DNA of 64,000 bases from assembly GCA_964619725.1 (NCBI GenBank), contig CAZUFC010000021.1, forward strand, positions 1 to 64,000, read 5' to 3'. This stretch comes from an uncultured bacterium (GTDB lineage Bacteria > CSSED10-310 > CAZUFC01). Of this stretch, positions 9,701 through 17,768 are shown in pieces. Numbering within the stretch: the first letter of the stretch is position 1; every line of letters starts with the position of its first letter. The notes under the pieces are model-generated. The model ran no database searches and was not told the origin of the DNA. It saw only the letters and a program-made list of their open reading frames with translations. The translations under genes were made by a program, and so were the position numbers.

Positions 9701-10211
9701 TGTTCTCGACTTTATGGAAATCTTCTATTACGAGCAGGAAAGAAGGCAATGAAGCGAGGATGTCCGCCAATAATCCGCCGATGAGTTCAATATTGTCTTC
9801 CAGGTTGAACATAGTGATCATGTAGCGGGATAAAACGTCCGAAGATAAGGGATTTTTTTGCCGCACGGCCTTAAGGATAAGATAAATGAAACGGAGAAGT
9901 TCATTATCTTTCTCGTCCAGGTTAATCCAGTAGATGTCTCTATCAATCGATCCGATCAGCCGGGTGAGGAAAACCGACTTACCGGCTCCTGCACCGGCGG
10001 AAATCAGCGTTGCTTTGCGGTGCAGATTCTTTAATATTTTTTCAGTCGGCTTCGGGCGCTCTATTACGTTTTTGAGAGAATCGATTGAGGGAGGTGAAAT
10101 TTTAGCGGCGGGAATGATGAAAAACTCTTTTTTTATCTGACCGGTTTGCATGAGAATCCCATTCTGCCTCACGTAGGCTTCAATATATGTATTATAAGCA
10201 TTTGGATTCAA
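6711..10211 (-). CDS. Large MalT-like STAND/TPR regulator with C-terminal SARP (wHTH + BTAD) domain
   Basis: IERP..AGAGAGKS P-loop, LVIEDFH, YRYHDFLR, TPR-like helices, then IKCFGKFQV..LIDIIWPD..LFQGEFL..W..DPLND..ELDCEP. Start may be ATG 10151. Confidence 0.88.
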   Translation of the reverse strand: MNPNAYNTYIEAYVRQNGILMQTGQIKKEFFIIPAAKISPPSIDSLKNVIERPKPTEKILKNLHRKATLISAGAGAGKSVFLTRLIGSIDRDIYWINLDEKDNELLRFIYLILKAVRQKNPLSSDVLSRYMITMFNLEDNIELIGGLLADILASLPSFLLVIEDFHKVENNERISELMDRIVGLFPPDGHLIISNRRSFSFKNISLNRSRQWLNEIFDNDLILTKTDIKMLLSLRNVPQPHRLKANRLHQISRGYAGLIMLLLERMETISNPSEYLDNLLPGNDEMQISSYVLEETFNGFPQNLKDFVLTSSLFDPLIPDELNEILNRNDSHDLLEQLANNNLLTFKVSSQPLEYRYHDFLRTNAYNLLKKQTSNSHVQKLHRKAALMFRKKKNPSLSAEHFIKAGMLSEAADVFNGYSVNELKCFGINRLQNICAELPEENLKCLPDILLVKARALIRNDDLDQARKLIDRALDTFKNQNNVEGMLNAYALKGYSYQYTLQYDELTELCSKALEIAGDKVTKSSLFLETLQCLCPAAGCSISDKKRILEKNLKFALQTNDKLDYAKTSMDIVKLCHAEAGQNEIVVRQCESLAPIFEKFGRIDMLCDCLSTAGVAFRDMGRLNEAENKFEKVLELAVKYGSKPYWFESLYSLVLIALKKNMSAEAFSLLNRMKKRLSPRPFSRPKVLYLSGMQNYFKHTKEEASALFYADEYLRSAEQSGNDEYLGMALYAKARTTIDFHKNPAETEKRLLQSLDIFKKRENYLMVASIYYLLAVNCMNENAEPGLKKYMKKCLELTRMHGFHHIFTAGSGTRSSLILVRALEKDIETDYAAGLLLQLKNRKFLSELLAHKNQRIQKAALAALENLGKLDDLYPAIRHLASEGAPSVKKAANEILVRDRAESIKPLKIKCFGKFQVWIGDSDKPIENSMWVTAKAKSIFKYLLINRRKPVHKEVLIDIIWPDSDLKQGYNKLRNAIYYIKRALQPKLSSYAQSPYILNCDHHYTFLLPENSKVDYTMFENRIQSVKSALEQGDPVSGYRKFKDAAELFQGEFLSEDRYESWIEPYRTRFNLEFANTGLTLAEKALKAGFTHDALKVAELIHNIDPLNDDVVAVIMKAHAQSGHSSAAVAAYHQFAEFLRKELDCEPAEYLKQLYQSINSERAVLS

Positions 10212-10364
10212 AAATCAATTTGCCTGCAACCTCAAAATGAATCGCATAATTCAAAATTCAAAAGCCGGTCATGAAAAAATAAAAAAAATGAGCCCAAAGC
10301 TTGCATAAGAATAAAAAAGGCGCTAGTACGAAAATGGAACAATTAAGCATTGGGAGGAGAAGAA

Positions 10365-12593
10365 ATGAATTTTATGAAGGTTGACGACTTTAATATTTTT
10401 AGAGCGGGGAAGAGAATTTTTGCCTGTATTTTAATGATCGCCTTATTGCTTATAACCGGTGAAGGATATACGTCGACGGGGATGGGTGACGGAGAATTGA
10501 AGCCCTCTCATTATTGCTATGCCGACCGGGAATCGGGATTGATGATTGAGTCCCGATGCAGCCAATACGGAGATTATGATCATATTACTTACAATCTGGA
10601 TTTTCCGGGGACGCCTCATGTGGTGGCGAGCGCTCAGTATGGTTTTGATCCCAAGATGGCGGCAGCGATGAACATTTCATCGACAGGTTTTGATATAGCC
10701 GTTCGCGACCATAATGGAAATGCAGTGGACAATGCCTGGGTTTTATGGATAGCCGTTTATCCTCATGAATATCATGATCCTGATACAGGATTGACGATTG
10801 AGACGAGGTGCGGAGTAGTCGGAGACGGGGATTCCATTTCATACAATCAGTCATTTGCGGGAACTCCGAATGTAGTATCTTCGGCTCAATATTCCGGGGT
10901 CGCCAAAATGTCATGTCCTGTAAATCATTCTGCGAGCGGTTTTTCCATCGCTATTCAGGATCATGACGGCAATTCGGTAAGCGATGCGTGGCTGCAATGG
11001 ATAGCGGTGTATCCTCATAATTACGTGGACCCGGATTCTGATTTACGGATAGAGGCAAACTGCGGACAGCGGAGCCATAACGACAACGTAGCGTACAACG
11101 TTTCGTTTCCCGGGAAACCGAATGTGGTGACCTGTGCTCAATATGTCTGGGAGCCGAAAATGGCCTGTCCGGTGAATCATACTTCAGGCGGTTTCACGTT
11201 GGCGTTAAGGGATCATGACGGCAATGATTTTTCCGATGCCTGGACTTTTTATCTGGCCGTGTATCCTACTCAATACGAGGAGGCTGAACCGCAGCCGAGC
11301 ATATGTTTAAGTCCGACGTCACTGGTGAATTCCTGTTATGAGGGGCAGGATGCGTCTGCCCAATCTTTTGAGGTCTGGAATTGCGGGGATGCGGTTTTGA
11401 ATTATTCGATAACCTGCAATGAGACCGGAGGAGACTGGCAGCCTTATGGAGACAGGTATGCGATAATCGTCATGGGTGGAAACGTGACGGGTCAGATGTA
11501 TGTATGGTATTGGGGAGACACGTATGGGATGTATACGGAACTGACGGACAGAGGATTCACTGCGGAGAACATTCAATTTCTGTCGTATGGACCCAGCGCT
11601 GACGAGCATCCCGAAGCTGTCGACGGAGTGAGCACGACGGCCAATATAATTGCGGCCTATCAATGGGCTGAACAGAATTGCACAGCGGACGATCTTCTGT
11701 ATATTTACTGGGTGGACCATGGCTCCCCCAGTTATTTCGTGGCTCATGACGGCAATATAACGCATTCTCAACTCGGCAACCTGATGGACCCGATCACGGC
11801 GAAACAGATCATCGGCGGTTACAATCCCTGTTACAGCGGCGGCGTTATTGATGATATTTCTGATGACGACGTTATTACCGTCACCTCCCAGGACGCCTCG
11901 CATCCCAATTCCTGGGGATGGGCCGGAAAATGGCGTCAGTCTCTTCGAGGAGGTACAGACACTGATCCTTCTGATACAAATGACGACGGTTACATATCAT
12001 TGACCGAAGCATACGAATGGATCGCCCCCAAGTCACAGGCCGCCGGCGAGCATTCCATGTACGACGATAACGGCGACGGCTCAGGAAGCGAATGGGGAAC
12101 ATCAGCCTTCGATCCCGATGACCCGGCAAAAGATGGTTACAAAGGCAATTTCTATTCGCTCAACGGATGGATACCGGCAGCAAACAGCATAAACAGAGAA
12201 GTCGACTGGATGGTTTGCAGTCCGACAAGCGGCACTTCTTCAGGAGAACATGACGTCATCGACGTCATTTACGACACAGACCAACTGGCCGCCGGCGAGT
12301 ATTCCGCGGTCATTACCGTTTCAGACCCGAATGCCGATAATAATCCGCAGACCATCAACGTTTCATTAACGGTGCAGAGCGTTACCGCTACGCCTACGAA
12401 CACACAGCAGCCCTCACCGACAGGAACGCCTACATACACTCCAACTTCCGTACCGCCAACCTGGACTCCTACGCTCACTCCCGCGCCCACCGAAGCGCCT
12501 GTCCCCTCTATGACTCCTGCTGGAATAATCCTGGTTGTTTTTCTGCTGGGCGGCATGCTCTCCTTATCCAGAAAAAAACTGACGCATGGATAA
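10365..12593 (+). CDS. Surface protein: 3 H-lectin/gp53-like repeats, clan CD (C13/caspase-like) peptidase, Ig/BACON domain, PT linker, IPTL-CTERM-like anchor
   Basis: Signal-like N-terminus; three 84-aa repeats; YAIIVMGG, YWVDHG and NPCYSGG His-Cys dyad; EF-hand-like DTNDDGYISLTE; C-terminus VPSMTPAG + TM + SRKK. Start set at the ATG after GGAGGAG. Confidence 0.8.
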   Translation: MNFMKVDDFNIFRAGKRIFACILMIALLLITGEGYTSTGMGDGELKPSHYCYADRESGLMIESRCSQYGDYDHITYNLDFPGTPHVVASAQYGFDPKMAAAMNISSTGFDIAVRDHNGNAVDNAWVLWIAVYPHEYHDPDTGLTIETRCGVVGDGDSISYNQSFAGTPNVVSSAQYSGVAKMSCPVNHSASGFSIAIQDHDGNSVSDAWLQWIAVYPHNYVDPDSDLRIEANCGQRSHNDNVAYNVSFPGKPNVVTCAQYVWEPKMACPVNHTSGGFTLALRDHDGNDFSDAWTFYLAVYPTQYEEAEPQPSICLSPTSLVNSCYEGQDASAQSFEVWNCGDAVLNYSITCNETGGDWQPYGDRYAIIVMGGNVTGQMYVWYWGDTYGMYTELTDRGFTAENIQFLSYGPSADEHPEAVDGVSTTANIIAAYQWAEQNCTADDLLYIYWVDHGSPSYFVAHDGNITHSQLGNLMDPITAKQIIGGYNPCYSGGVIDDISDDDVITVTSQDASHPNSWGWAGKWRQSLRGGTDTDPSDTNDDGYISLTEAYEWIAPKSQAAGEHSMYDDNGDGSGSEWGTSAFDPDDPAKDGYKGNFYSLNGWIPAANSINREVDWMVCSPTSGTSSGEHDVIDVIYDTDQLAAGEYSAVITVSDPNADNNPQTINVSLTVQSVTATPTNTQQPSPTGTPTYTPTSVPPTWTPTLTPAPTEAPVPSMTPAGIILVVFLLGGMLSLSRKKLTHG
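10518..11267 (+). repeat. Three tandem 252-bp (84-aa) intragenic domain repeats
   Basis: Units start YADRESGL, YHDPDTGL, YVDPDSDL; each contains G[TK]PxVV..AQY..KM..GF..DHxGN..AW..AVYP. Confidence 0.9.
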
Positions 12594-13299
12594 AATTGAT
12601 GAATTATTGAAATCAGTTGAAGGCGGACATGTGCTGGATGTTGCCGTCGGCAAGGGAGAGTTCATAGCTTACATAAAAAAATTTAAACGGCTGGAAAAAA
12701 TAACGGCAGTCGATCTGAGTGAAAAATGCGGCGAATTGCTCGATAAAAATTACCCGGAAACAGAGGTGAATTTCATCATCATGGATGCCGCTGTCTTGGG
12801 TTTTCCGGATGATACATTCGATACGGTCTGTTTTTCTAATTCTCTTCATCATCTTCCGAATGTCAGTTCGACCCTGCTGGAGCTGAAGCGCGTTCTCAAG
12901 AAGGGGGGAACTTTTATAGTCAGAGAAATGTATTCTGATTTTACGAGTGAAGCCCAAAAAACTCACGTCATGCTTCATCACTGGATCGCTGATGTAGATC
13001 GAAGGCACGGAAGAATTCACAATTACACCTTCAAAAAACGACGTATCCGCGATATGCTCCTCGCTATGAATTTTTCGGATGTAGAGATAATTGAATATGA
13101 TTCTACTTTCGATAATCCGAAAGATGAGAATATGATTTCTCAATTGACTGCATCATGCCGTGCGGTAATGAAAAACATTTCAGAGCAATTTCCGGTTTGC
13201 GAAGAACTGAAAGATCAGGGAAACCGGATCATTTCACGATTGAAAGCAAAGGTGAGCGGCATTGATGGTCGTTCGTCGACAAGGAAATCGGAAGCGTGA
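12586..13299 (+). CDS. Class I SAM-dependent methyltransferase
   Basis: VLDVAVGKG motif I, AVDLS, MDAAVLGFPDDTFDTV..SLHHL..RVLKKGG. Confidence 0.88.
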   Translation: MDKIDELLKSVEGGHVLDVAVGKGEFIAYIKKFKRLEKITAVDLSEKCGELLDKNYPETEVNFIIMDAAVLGFPDDTFDTVCFSNSLHHLPNVSSTLLELKRVLKKGGTFIVREMYSDFTSEAQKTHVMLHHWIADVDRRHGRIHNYTFKKRRIRDMLLAMNFSDVEIIEYDSTFDNPKDENMISQLTASCRAVMKNISEQFPVCEELKDQGNRIISRLKAKVSGIDGRSSTRKSEA

Positions 13300-13835
13300 T
13301 GAGCCGGTTGAAACAGAGAAAATTTAAAAAACTGATAAATCAGTACAAGGATTTGATTTTCAATCAGGCGTATTATGTTCTGGGCAATCATGCCGATGCC
13401 TGCGACATCAGTCAGGAAGTGATGCTCAAGTTCTGGCAGAATATGGACGATGTAAACAGGAAAGCCGTAAAAGTGTGGTTGATCAAAACAACAAAAAATG
13501 CCTGCATAGACCTGATAAGGAGAAACAAAGAATGGGCATCCCCCTCAGACAGGTTTGAAGAAGGGGGCGGCGGTCTCGGTCCGTTAAAGACTGATGAAAG
13601 CGCGAACCCGGAACGGTTGACTATAACGCAGGATTTGAAGAAACATCTTCATCGGGCCATAGGATTATTGCCGCCCAAGTTGAGAACGGCCATAGTATTG
13701 AGAGAGATACAGGATTTAAAATACGAGGAGATAGCTCAGGCGATGGAAGAGCCGGTCAACACCGTGAAAAGCCATATTCACCGCGGTAGAAAAATGCTTT
13801 TTGAGATGTTACAATATGAGAGAAGAGGGAGGTAA
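13296..13835 (+). CDS. RNA polymerase sigma-70 factor, ECF subfamily (SigW/RpoE-like)
   Basis: ACDISQEVMLK..WLIKTTKNACID; LREIQDLKYEEIA..VNTVKSHIHRGR. Confidence 0.92.
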   Translation: MMSRLKQRKFKKLINQYKDLIFNQAYYVLGNHADACDISQEVMLKFWQNMDDVNRKAVKVWLIKTTKNACIDLIRRNKEWASPSDRFEEGGGGLGPLKTDESANPERLTITQDLKKHLHRAIGLLPPKLRTAIVLREIQDLKYEEIAQAMEEPVNTVKSHIHRGRKMLFEMLQYERRGR

Positions 13836-13842
13836 GGCGGTG

Positions 13843-14388
13843 ATGATGCGAGATTGCGGACATATAAAAGATTTGTTTTTTAAGGACGATCTTTCGCAAA
13901 AAGAAAAAAGCGACTTGCAGCGACATCTGGAGGATTGCGCAGACTGCCGGGAACAGTATGAAGAATATCGCGTCATGATCGATTCGCTTCACGGCATGGA
14001 AGTAAAAAAATGTCCGGAAGAAGTTGCTGACAGGGCATTCAAAATAACTGCAGCCGAGAGTAAAAACCGGGAGGGAATCGGTTCAAAATTTGCCGACCTG
14101 CTCTCTTTTAATTCGAGGAACCTGTCGATGACTTTCTCTGCAATCGCGGCAATTCTGATAATCATTATGATTATTCCTGTCGTTAAGGACAGATACTTCA
14201 ACAAGCCTCCCTACACTCAAGAAGAACTGCATCAAGGAATTAAGCAGGTTAAAATGCTGTTGGGCTACATCAAGCATGTGAATCAGAAAGCCCAGGACAA
14301 ATTTGAGGAAAAAGCTCTGAAAGAGGGCATAGCAAAACCGATGAATTATTCCGCTAAAGCCCTGGACGATGTTTTCGAACCGGGATAA
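13843..14388 (+). CDS. Membrane-anchored zinc anti-sigma factor (zf-HC2)
   Basis: HLEDCADC motif, one TM (FSAIAAILIIIMIIPVV); start reset downstream of GGAGGT (GTG 13840 also possible). Confidence 0.85.
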   Translation: MMRDCGHIKDLFFKDDLSQKEKSDLQRHLEDCADCREQYEEYRVMIDSLHGMEVKKCPEEVADRAFKITAAESKNREGIGSKFADLLSFNSRNLSMTFSAIAAILIIIMIIPVVKDRYFNKPPYTQEELHQGIKQVKMLLGYIKHVNQKAQDKFEEKALKEGIAKPMNYSAKALDDVFEPG

Positions 14389-14548
14389 GCGGACATTAGT
14401 GGGCTTCGTCGCAGGCGAAGCGGCAGGGATGCGGTTGTTTGTGCGGTCCGAAGCGGTTCAAAGAACCAAAGGGGCCTGGCGACAGTAAACGCGGCAGAAT
14501 GAACATGAATTCCGTTTATATTTTGGTCCTGAAAAAGCGCTGAAACGT

Positions 14549-17497
14549 TTATTGTGTCGCCTGATAGACTTTTTCCAGGTCGAAAATCTGGATGCGATGA
14601 TTGTCGCAGTCGACGATATAGAGTTTTCCGTCTTTAATGTCCATTCCTCTCGGACGGTTGAATTGCCCCGAACCTGTCCCTTTTCTTCCCCAGACCTTTT
14701 CCAGTTCTCCATCAGAGGAGAATTTCATGATTCTGTTATTGGATGAATCGGAAACGAAAAGCGTGCCGTTGTCATCTATGACGACGAAGGGTTCGGTATA
14801 AAAGTCGTTCCATCCCCAGACTTTATATTGATCGAGTGGTTTAAGGTCTTTCGAGAAGACTTGTATTCGGTGATTAGCCGTATCGCAGACATATATTTTT
14901 TGATTTGGTCCGACGGCGAGTCCTACAGGTTCATGCAGTCCGCCGAGCACGTCGGTGTCCTGAGCCGACTTGTAGCCTGCTTTCTTGATGGGCGCCCCAT
15001 CTTTAGTGAACTTATGAATCTGATGGCAACCGGTGTTTGTCAAGTAAATGTTGCCGTCTGCATCGAAGTCCATGCCTTTGGGCGCCCAGAATGCGGTATC
15101 AGGTCCGCAACCTGATTCGCCCCAGGTTTTCAGAAAATTACCTTCCGGATCAAAAACCTGGATACGGTGATTCCACGTATCGCTCACATAAACATTACCG
15201 TCAGGACCGACGGCAATACCCTTGGGCTTGTCGAACTGTCCCTGTTCTTTGCCGGCTTCACCCCAGGCCTTGAGAAATTCGCCCTGGGGAGAAAACTTCT
15301 GGATGCGATGATTCAGAGTATCAGCTACGTAAATATTACCCTGCTGATCCACAGCAATAGCTCTGGGTTCATTGAATTGCCCCGTTCCGTCTCCACGGGA
15401 ACCGAACGTCGATTCCGACGTTATGAATACCGGTTTCAGCGCCCTCGCTCTTCTTTCAAACTCTTCCTTGGCCTTCGTATCCTTCCCGAAATCCTTGTCG
15501 TATCGTCCCTCGGCCACATCATTCCTGATGTAAACAGCAACATCGACCGAACCGGTCGGTACAAGCGGTTCCCTTTCCAGCCGGAACAGCATGTAACGAA
15601 GTACCTTGTTGAAAGAAAGCTGCTCCCGTGATTTATGAAGATTCGGCAGAACGCACCAGGATCGCAATTTTCTCCTTTCCATGACGTAACGATCTCCGAA
15701 AATATAACCGTAATCATTCTGTTTGTTCCAGTCCATGATGGCTATGATGGCGTCCGCCGGGGGAGTGACGTTCTGTCCGTAGAACCATCGCTTGTAATGG
15801 CGCAGATACCACGAATAGGGCCAGGTCGCATCACCTTGAACCGACATGGGCATGTCATGCCCCAGGCCGGTTACTTCATCTGATGCCGTGTAAATTATTT
15901 CATTCAATTCTTCTATCTCATCGTCCGTCTGAGTATAAACGATGATCTCGGCCGGATTCGCTTCGTTCACGCCATCCTTGTAAAAATTGAGCCCGTAGTT
16001 CGCATAAGCCATAAAAGCGATGCTGATTACCATCATGGGCAGAAAAATTTTTGAACTCTTTCTGACAAGGTCCCTGGAAAAAACTGCGAATCCGAGAATC
16101 AAGGGCTGATATATATGTATGGTAAGCCAGGGCACTTTCTCGCCCAGATAGGAATACAACAGAAAACTGAATACGGCCCAGTAAATGAAAAACGCCTTGT
16201 ATTTTTTGCCCTGATGAATAAGAAACAGAACGGACCAGAAACCTAATCCGGCCACGAACAGGAACAGATATACATGTCCCCAGCACTGCATATGCATGTG
16301 ATGAATCGCCTTGGAGAATATACTCAGTTCCGCCGCTTTCTGAGGATGGTCCCAAAGATGACCGTAGTCTCCCACTATTTTAAAGGCCGGTAATGGATAA
16401 TGTCCCGTGAATGTGTATAGAACGAGCAGAATGAAAGAAACGGCGAGAGCGGCGCGCAGATGCTTGAAATTATTCTTGAATACGGTCCAAAGCATCCAGA
16501 GGAATCCCACAATAAGCGGCAATTCGTATGCGATCATTCTCCACAGGTGATAATGATAATCTCCGCGAACCCTTCTTATTTTATTCTGATTCTTCCAATA
16601 AGGAATCGCTTTTCTACCCAGGCCGTCTATGAATCCTCTCGGATTCCTGAAAAAGTCCGTATATAACAGATAAAAAATGCCGAAAAAAAGTCCGAAAGCT
16701 ATAAGAACCTTGAACTTATGACGCCAGATGAATCTCAACATCCGGTTGACCCACTCTCCGAGCGTGCTGTCCGGGAAAATCTTCTTTTTCGTCAGAAGCC
16801 TGACGACTATGGGATATATTTGTACTAAAACCATAAAAGAGACGAATTCAAAAGTGTGCAGAAAGGAATTTTCCTTGGTGCAGAAGAGAAAAGCGAGAGA
16901 AAGCGTAGAAAGATACAGCCATCGCCACTGGCTGCGTTTAATGAAATAGATGAAAAAGATCATGGCGAAATAAGTGAAGGTTATGACATAGGCATCCATT
17001 CGCAGAAATCGAGTGAAATAGGTAATGCTGGGGGACAATGTCATGAAGATTCCTGCTGTCACTGCAGCGGTCGCTCCGAAAATGGGAGTCATAAGCATGC
17101 ATCCGGCGACCGTGAGAACTCCCAGGAAAGCGGGTACGACCCTGGCGGTATAATCCGAATCCCCGATATATCGCATCAGGGTGCCGTTAAGCTGAAAGAG
17201 CAAGGGACCGTGCATTAGCGGATCATATATATGTTTTCCGCCTTTTGAGTAATCCCACACATATTTTGCATAGAGGCTTTCATCATGATGAAAAACTTTG
17301 TAGTCAAGATGATAGAACCTCGTCAAAACGGCAAGAGCGATCAGAACGATGAAAATGATCTTATAATTTTTTTCGATCCACTCTCTAAGGTCAAACATTG
17401 TTTTCTGTTCCTGCTCCGTTTTCTTATTCGTTTGTGGGGCAGTTTTTACAGGTTTTTTTCGAGGACTTTGTCCTTCGGTTCTCTTGGTCATGGTCAT
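14549..17497 (-). CDS. TIGR03663-like GT-C/PMT membrane glycosyltransferase fused to an NHL beta-propeller
   Basis: HHDESLY, YDPLMHGP, TKEN, EKVPWL, VYTQT, WPYSWYLR; multiple TMs; C-terminal repeats GQFNEPRAIAVD..YVADTLNHRIQKF. Confidence 0.85.
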   Translation of the reverse strand: MTMTKRTEGQSPRKKPVKTAPQTNKKTEQEQKTMFDLREWIEKNYKIIFIVLIALAVLTRFYHLDYKVFHHDESLYAKYVWDYSKGGKHIYDPLMHGPLLFQLNGTLMRYIGDSDYTARVVPAFLGVLTVAGCMLMTPIFGATAAVTAGIFMTLSPSITYFTRFLRMDAYVITFTYFAMIFFIYFIKRSQWRWLYLSTLSLAFLFCTKENSFLHTFEFVSFMVLVQIYPIVVRLLTKKKIFPDSTLGEWVNRMLRFIWRHKFKVLIAFGLFFGIFYLLYTDFFRNPRGFIDGLGRKAIPYWKNQNKIRRVRGDYHYHLWRMIAYELPLIVGFLWMLWTVFKNNFKHLRAALAVSFILLVLYTFTGHYPLPAFKIVGDYGHLWDHPQKAAELSIFSKAIHHMHMQCWGHVYLFLFVAGLGFWSVLFLIHQGKKYKAFFIYWAVFSFLLYSYLGEKVPWLTIHIYQPLILGFAVFSRDLVRKSSKIFLPMMVISIAFMAYANYGLNFYKDGVNEANPAEIIVYTQTDDEIEELNEIIYTASDEVTGLGHDMPMSVQGDATWPYSWYLRHYKRWFYGQNVTPPADAIIAIMDWNKQNDYGYIFGDRYVMERRKLRSWCVLPNLHKSREQLSFNKVLRYMLFRLEREPLVPTGSVDVAVYIRNDVAEGRYDKDFGKDTKAKEEFERRARALKPVFITSESTFGSRGDGTGQFNEPRAIAVDQQGNIYVADTLNHRIQKFSPQGEFLKAWGEAGKEQGQFDKPKGIAVGPDGNVYVSDTWNHRIQVFDPEGNFLKTWGESGCGPDTAFWAPKGMDFDADGNIYLTNTGCHQIHKFTKDGAPIKKAGYKSAQDTDVLGGLHEPVGLAVGPNQKIYVCDTANHRIQVFSKDLKPLDQYKVWGWNDFYTEPFVVIDDNGTLFVSDSSNNRIMKFSSDGELEKVWGRKGTGSGQFNRPRGMDIKDGKLYIVDCDNHRIQIFDLEKVYQATQ

Positions 17498-17670
17498 CCT
17501 CCGCTGCAGGCCTGATATTTATGAGTTACTCACAATTTCGCATGGCGGTGAAATGGGCCATTTCAAAAACGCCAAAGAGGAACATAGCATATTTCTGTAA
17601 ATTGATCATCAGAAAAAATCCTTTTTTTACTCATATAAAGATAAAAAATTAAAAAGAATGACTTTTTTCC

Positions 17671-17699
17671 TTGATCCGAAGTGAAGTTTTTCCTATGAT
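17671..17699 (+). promoter_or_regulatory. Sigma70-type promoter of the EF-G-like gene
   Basis: TTGATC, 17-nt spacer, TATGAT, with an A-rich upstream tract. Confidence 0.55.
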
Positions 17700-17768
17700 T
17701 GCATTTTCATGGGGGCAAGCGGAGATTTTCCGTTGTTCCCGACAGAATTGGAGAATGGAGGCAGAAAA

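Noticed and set aside
13240-13299. Odd-looking methyltransferase C-terminus as a possible recombination junction
   Set aside because: Cannot be established without homolog alignment; the overlap with the ECF start looks like normal coupling.
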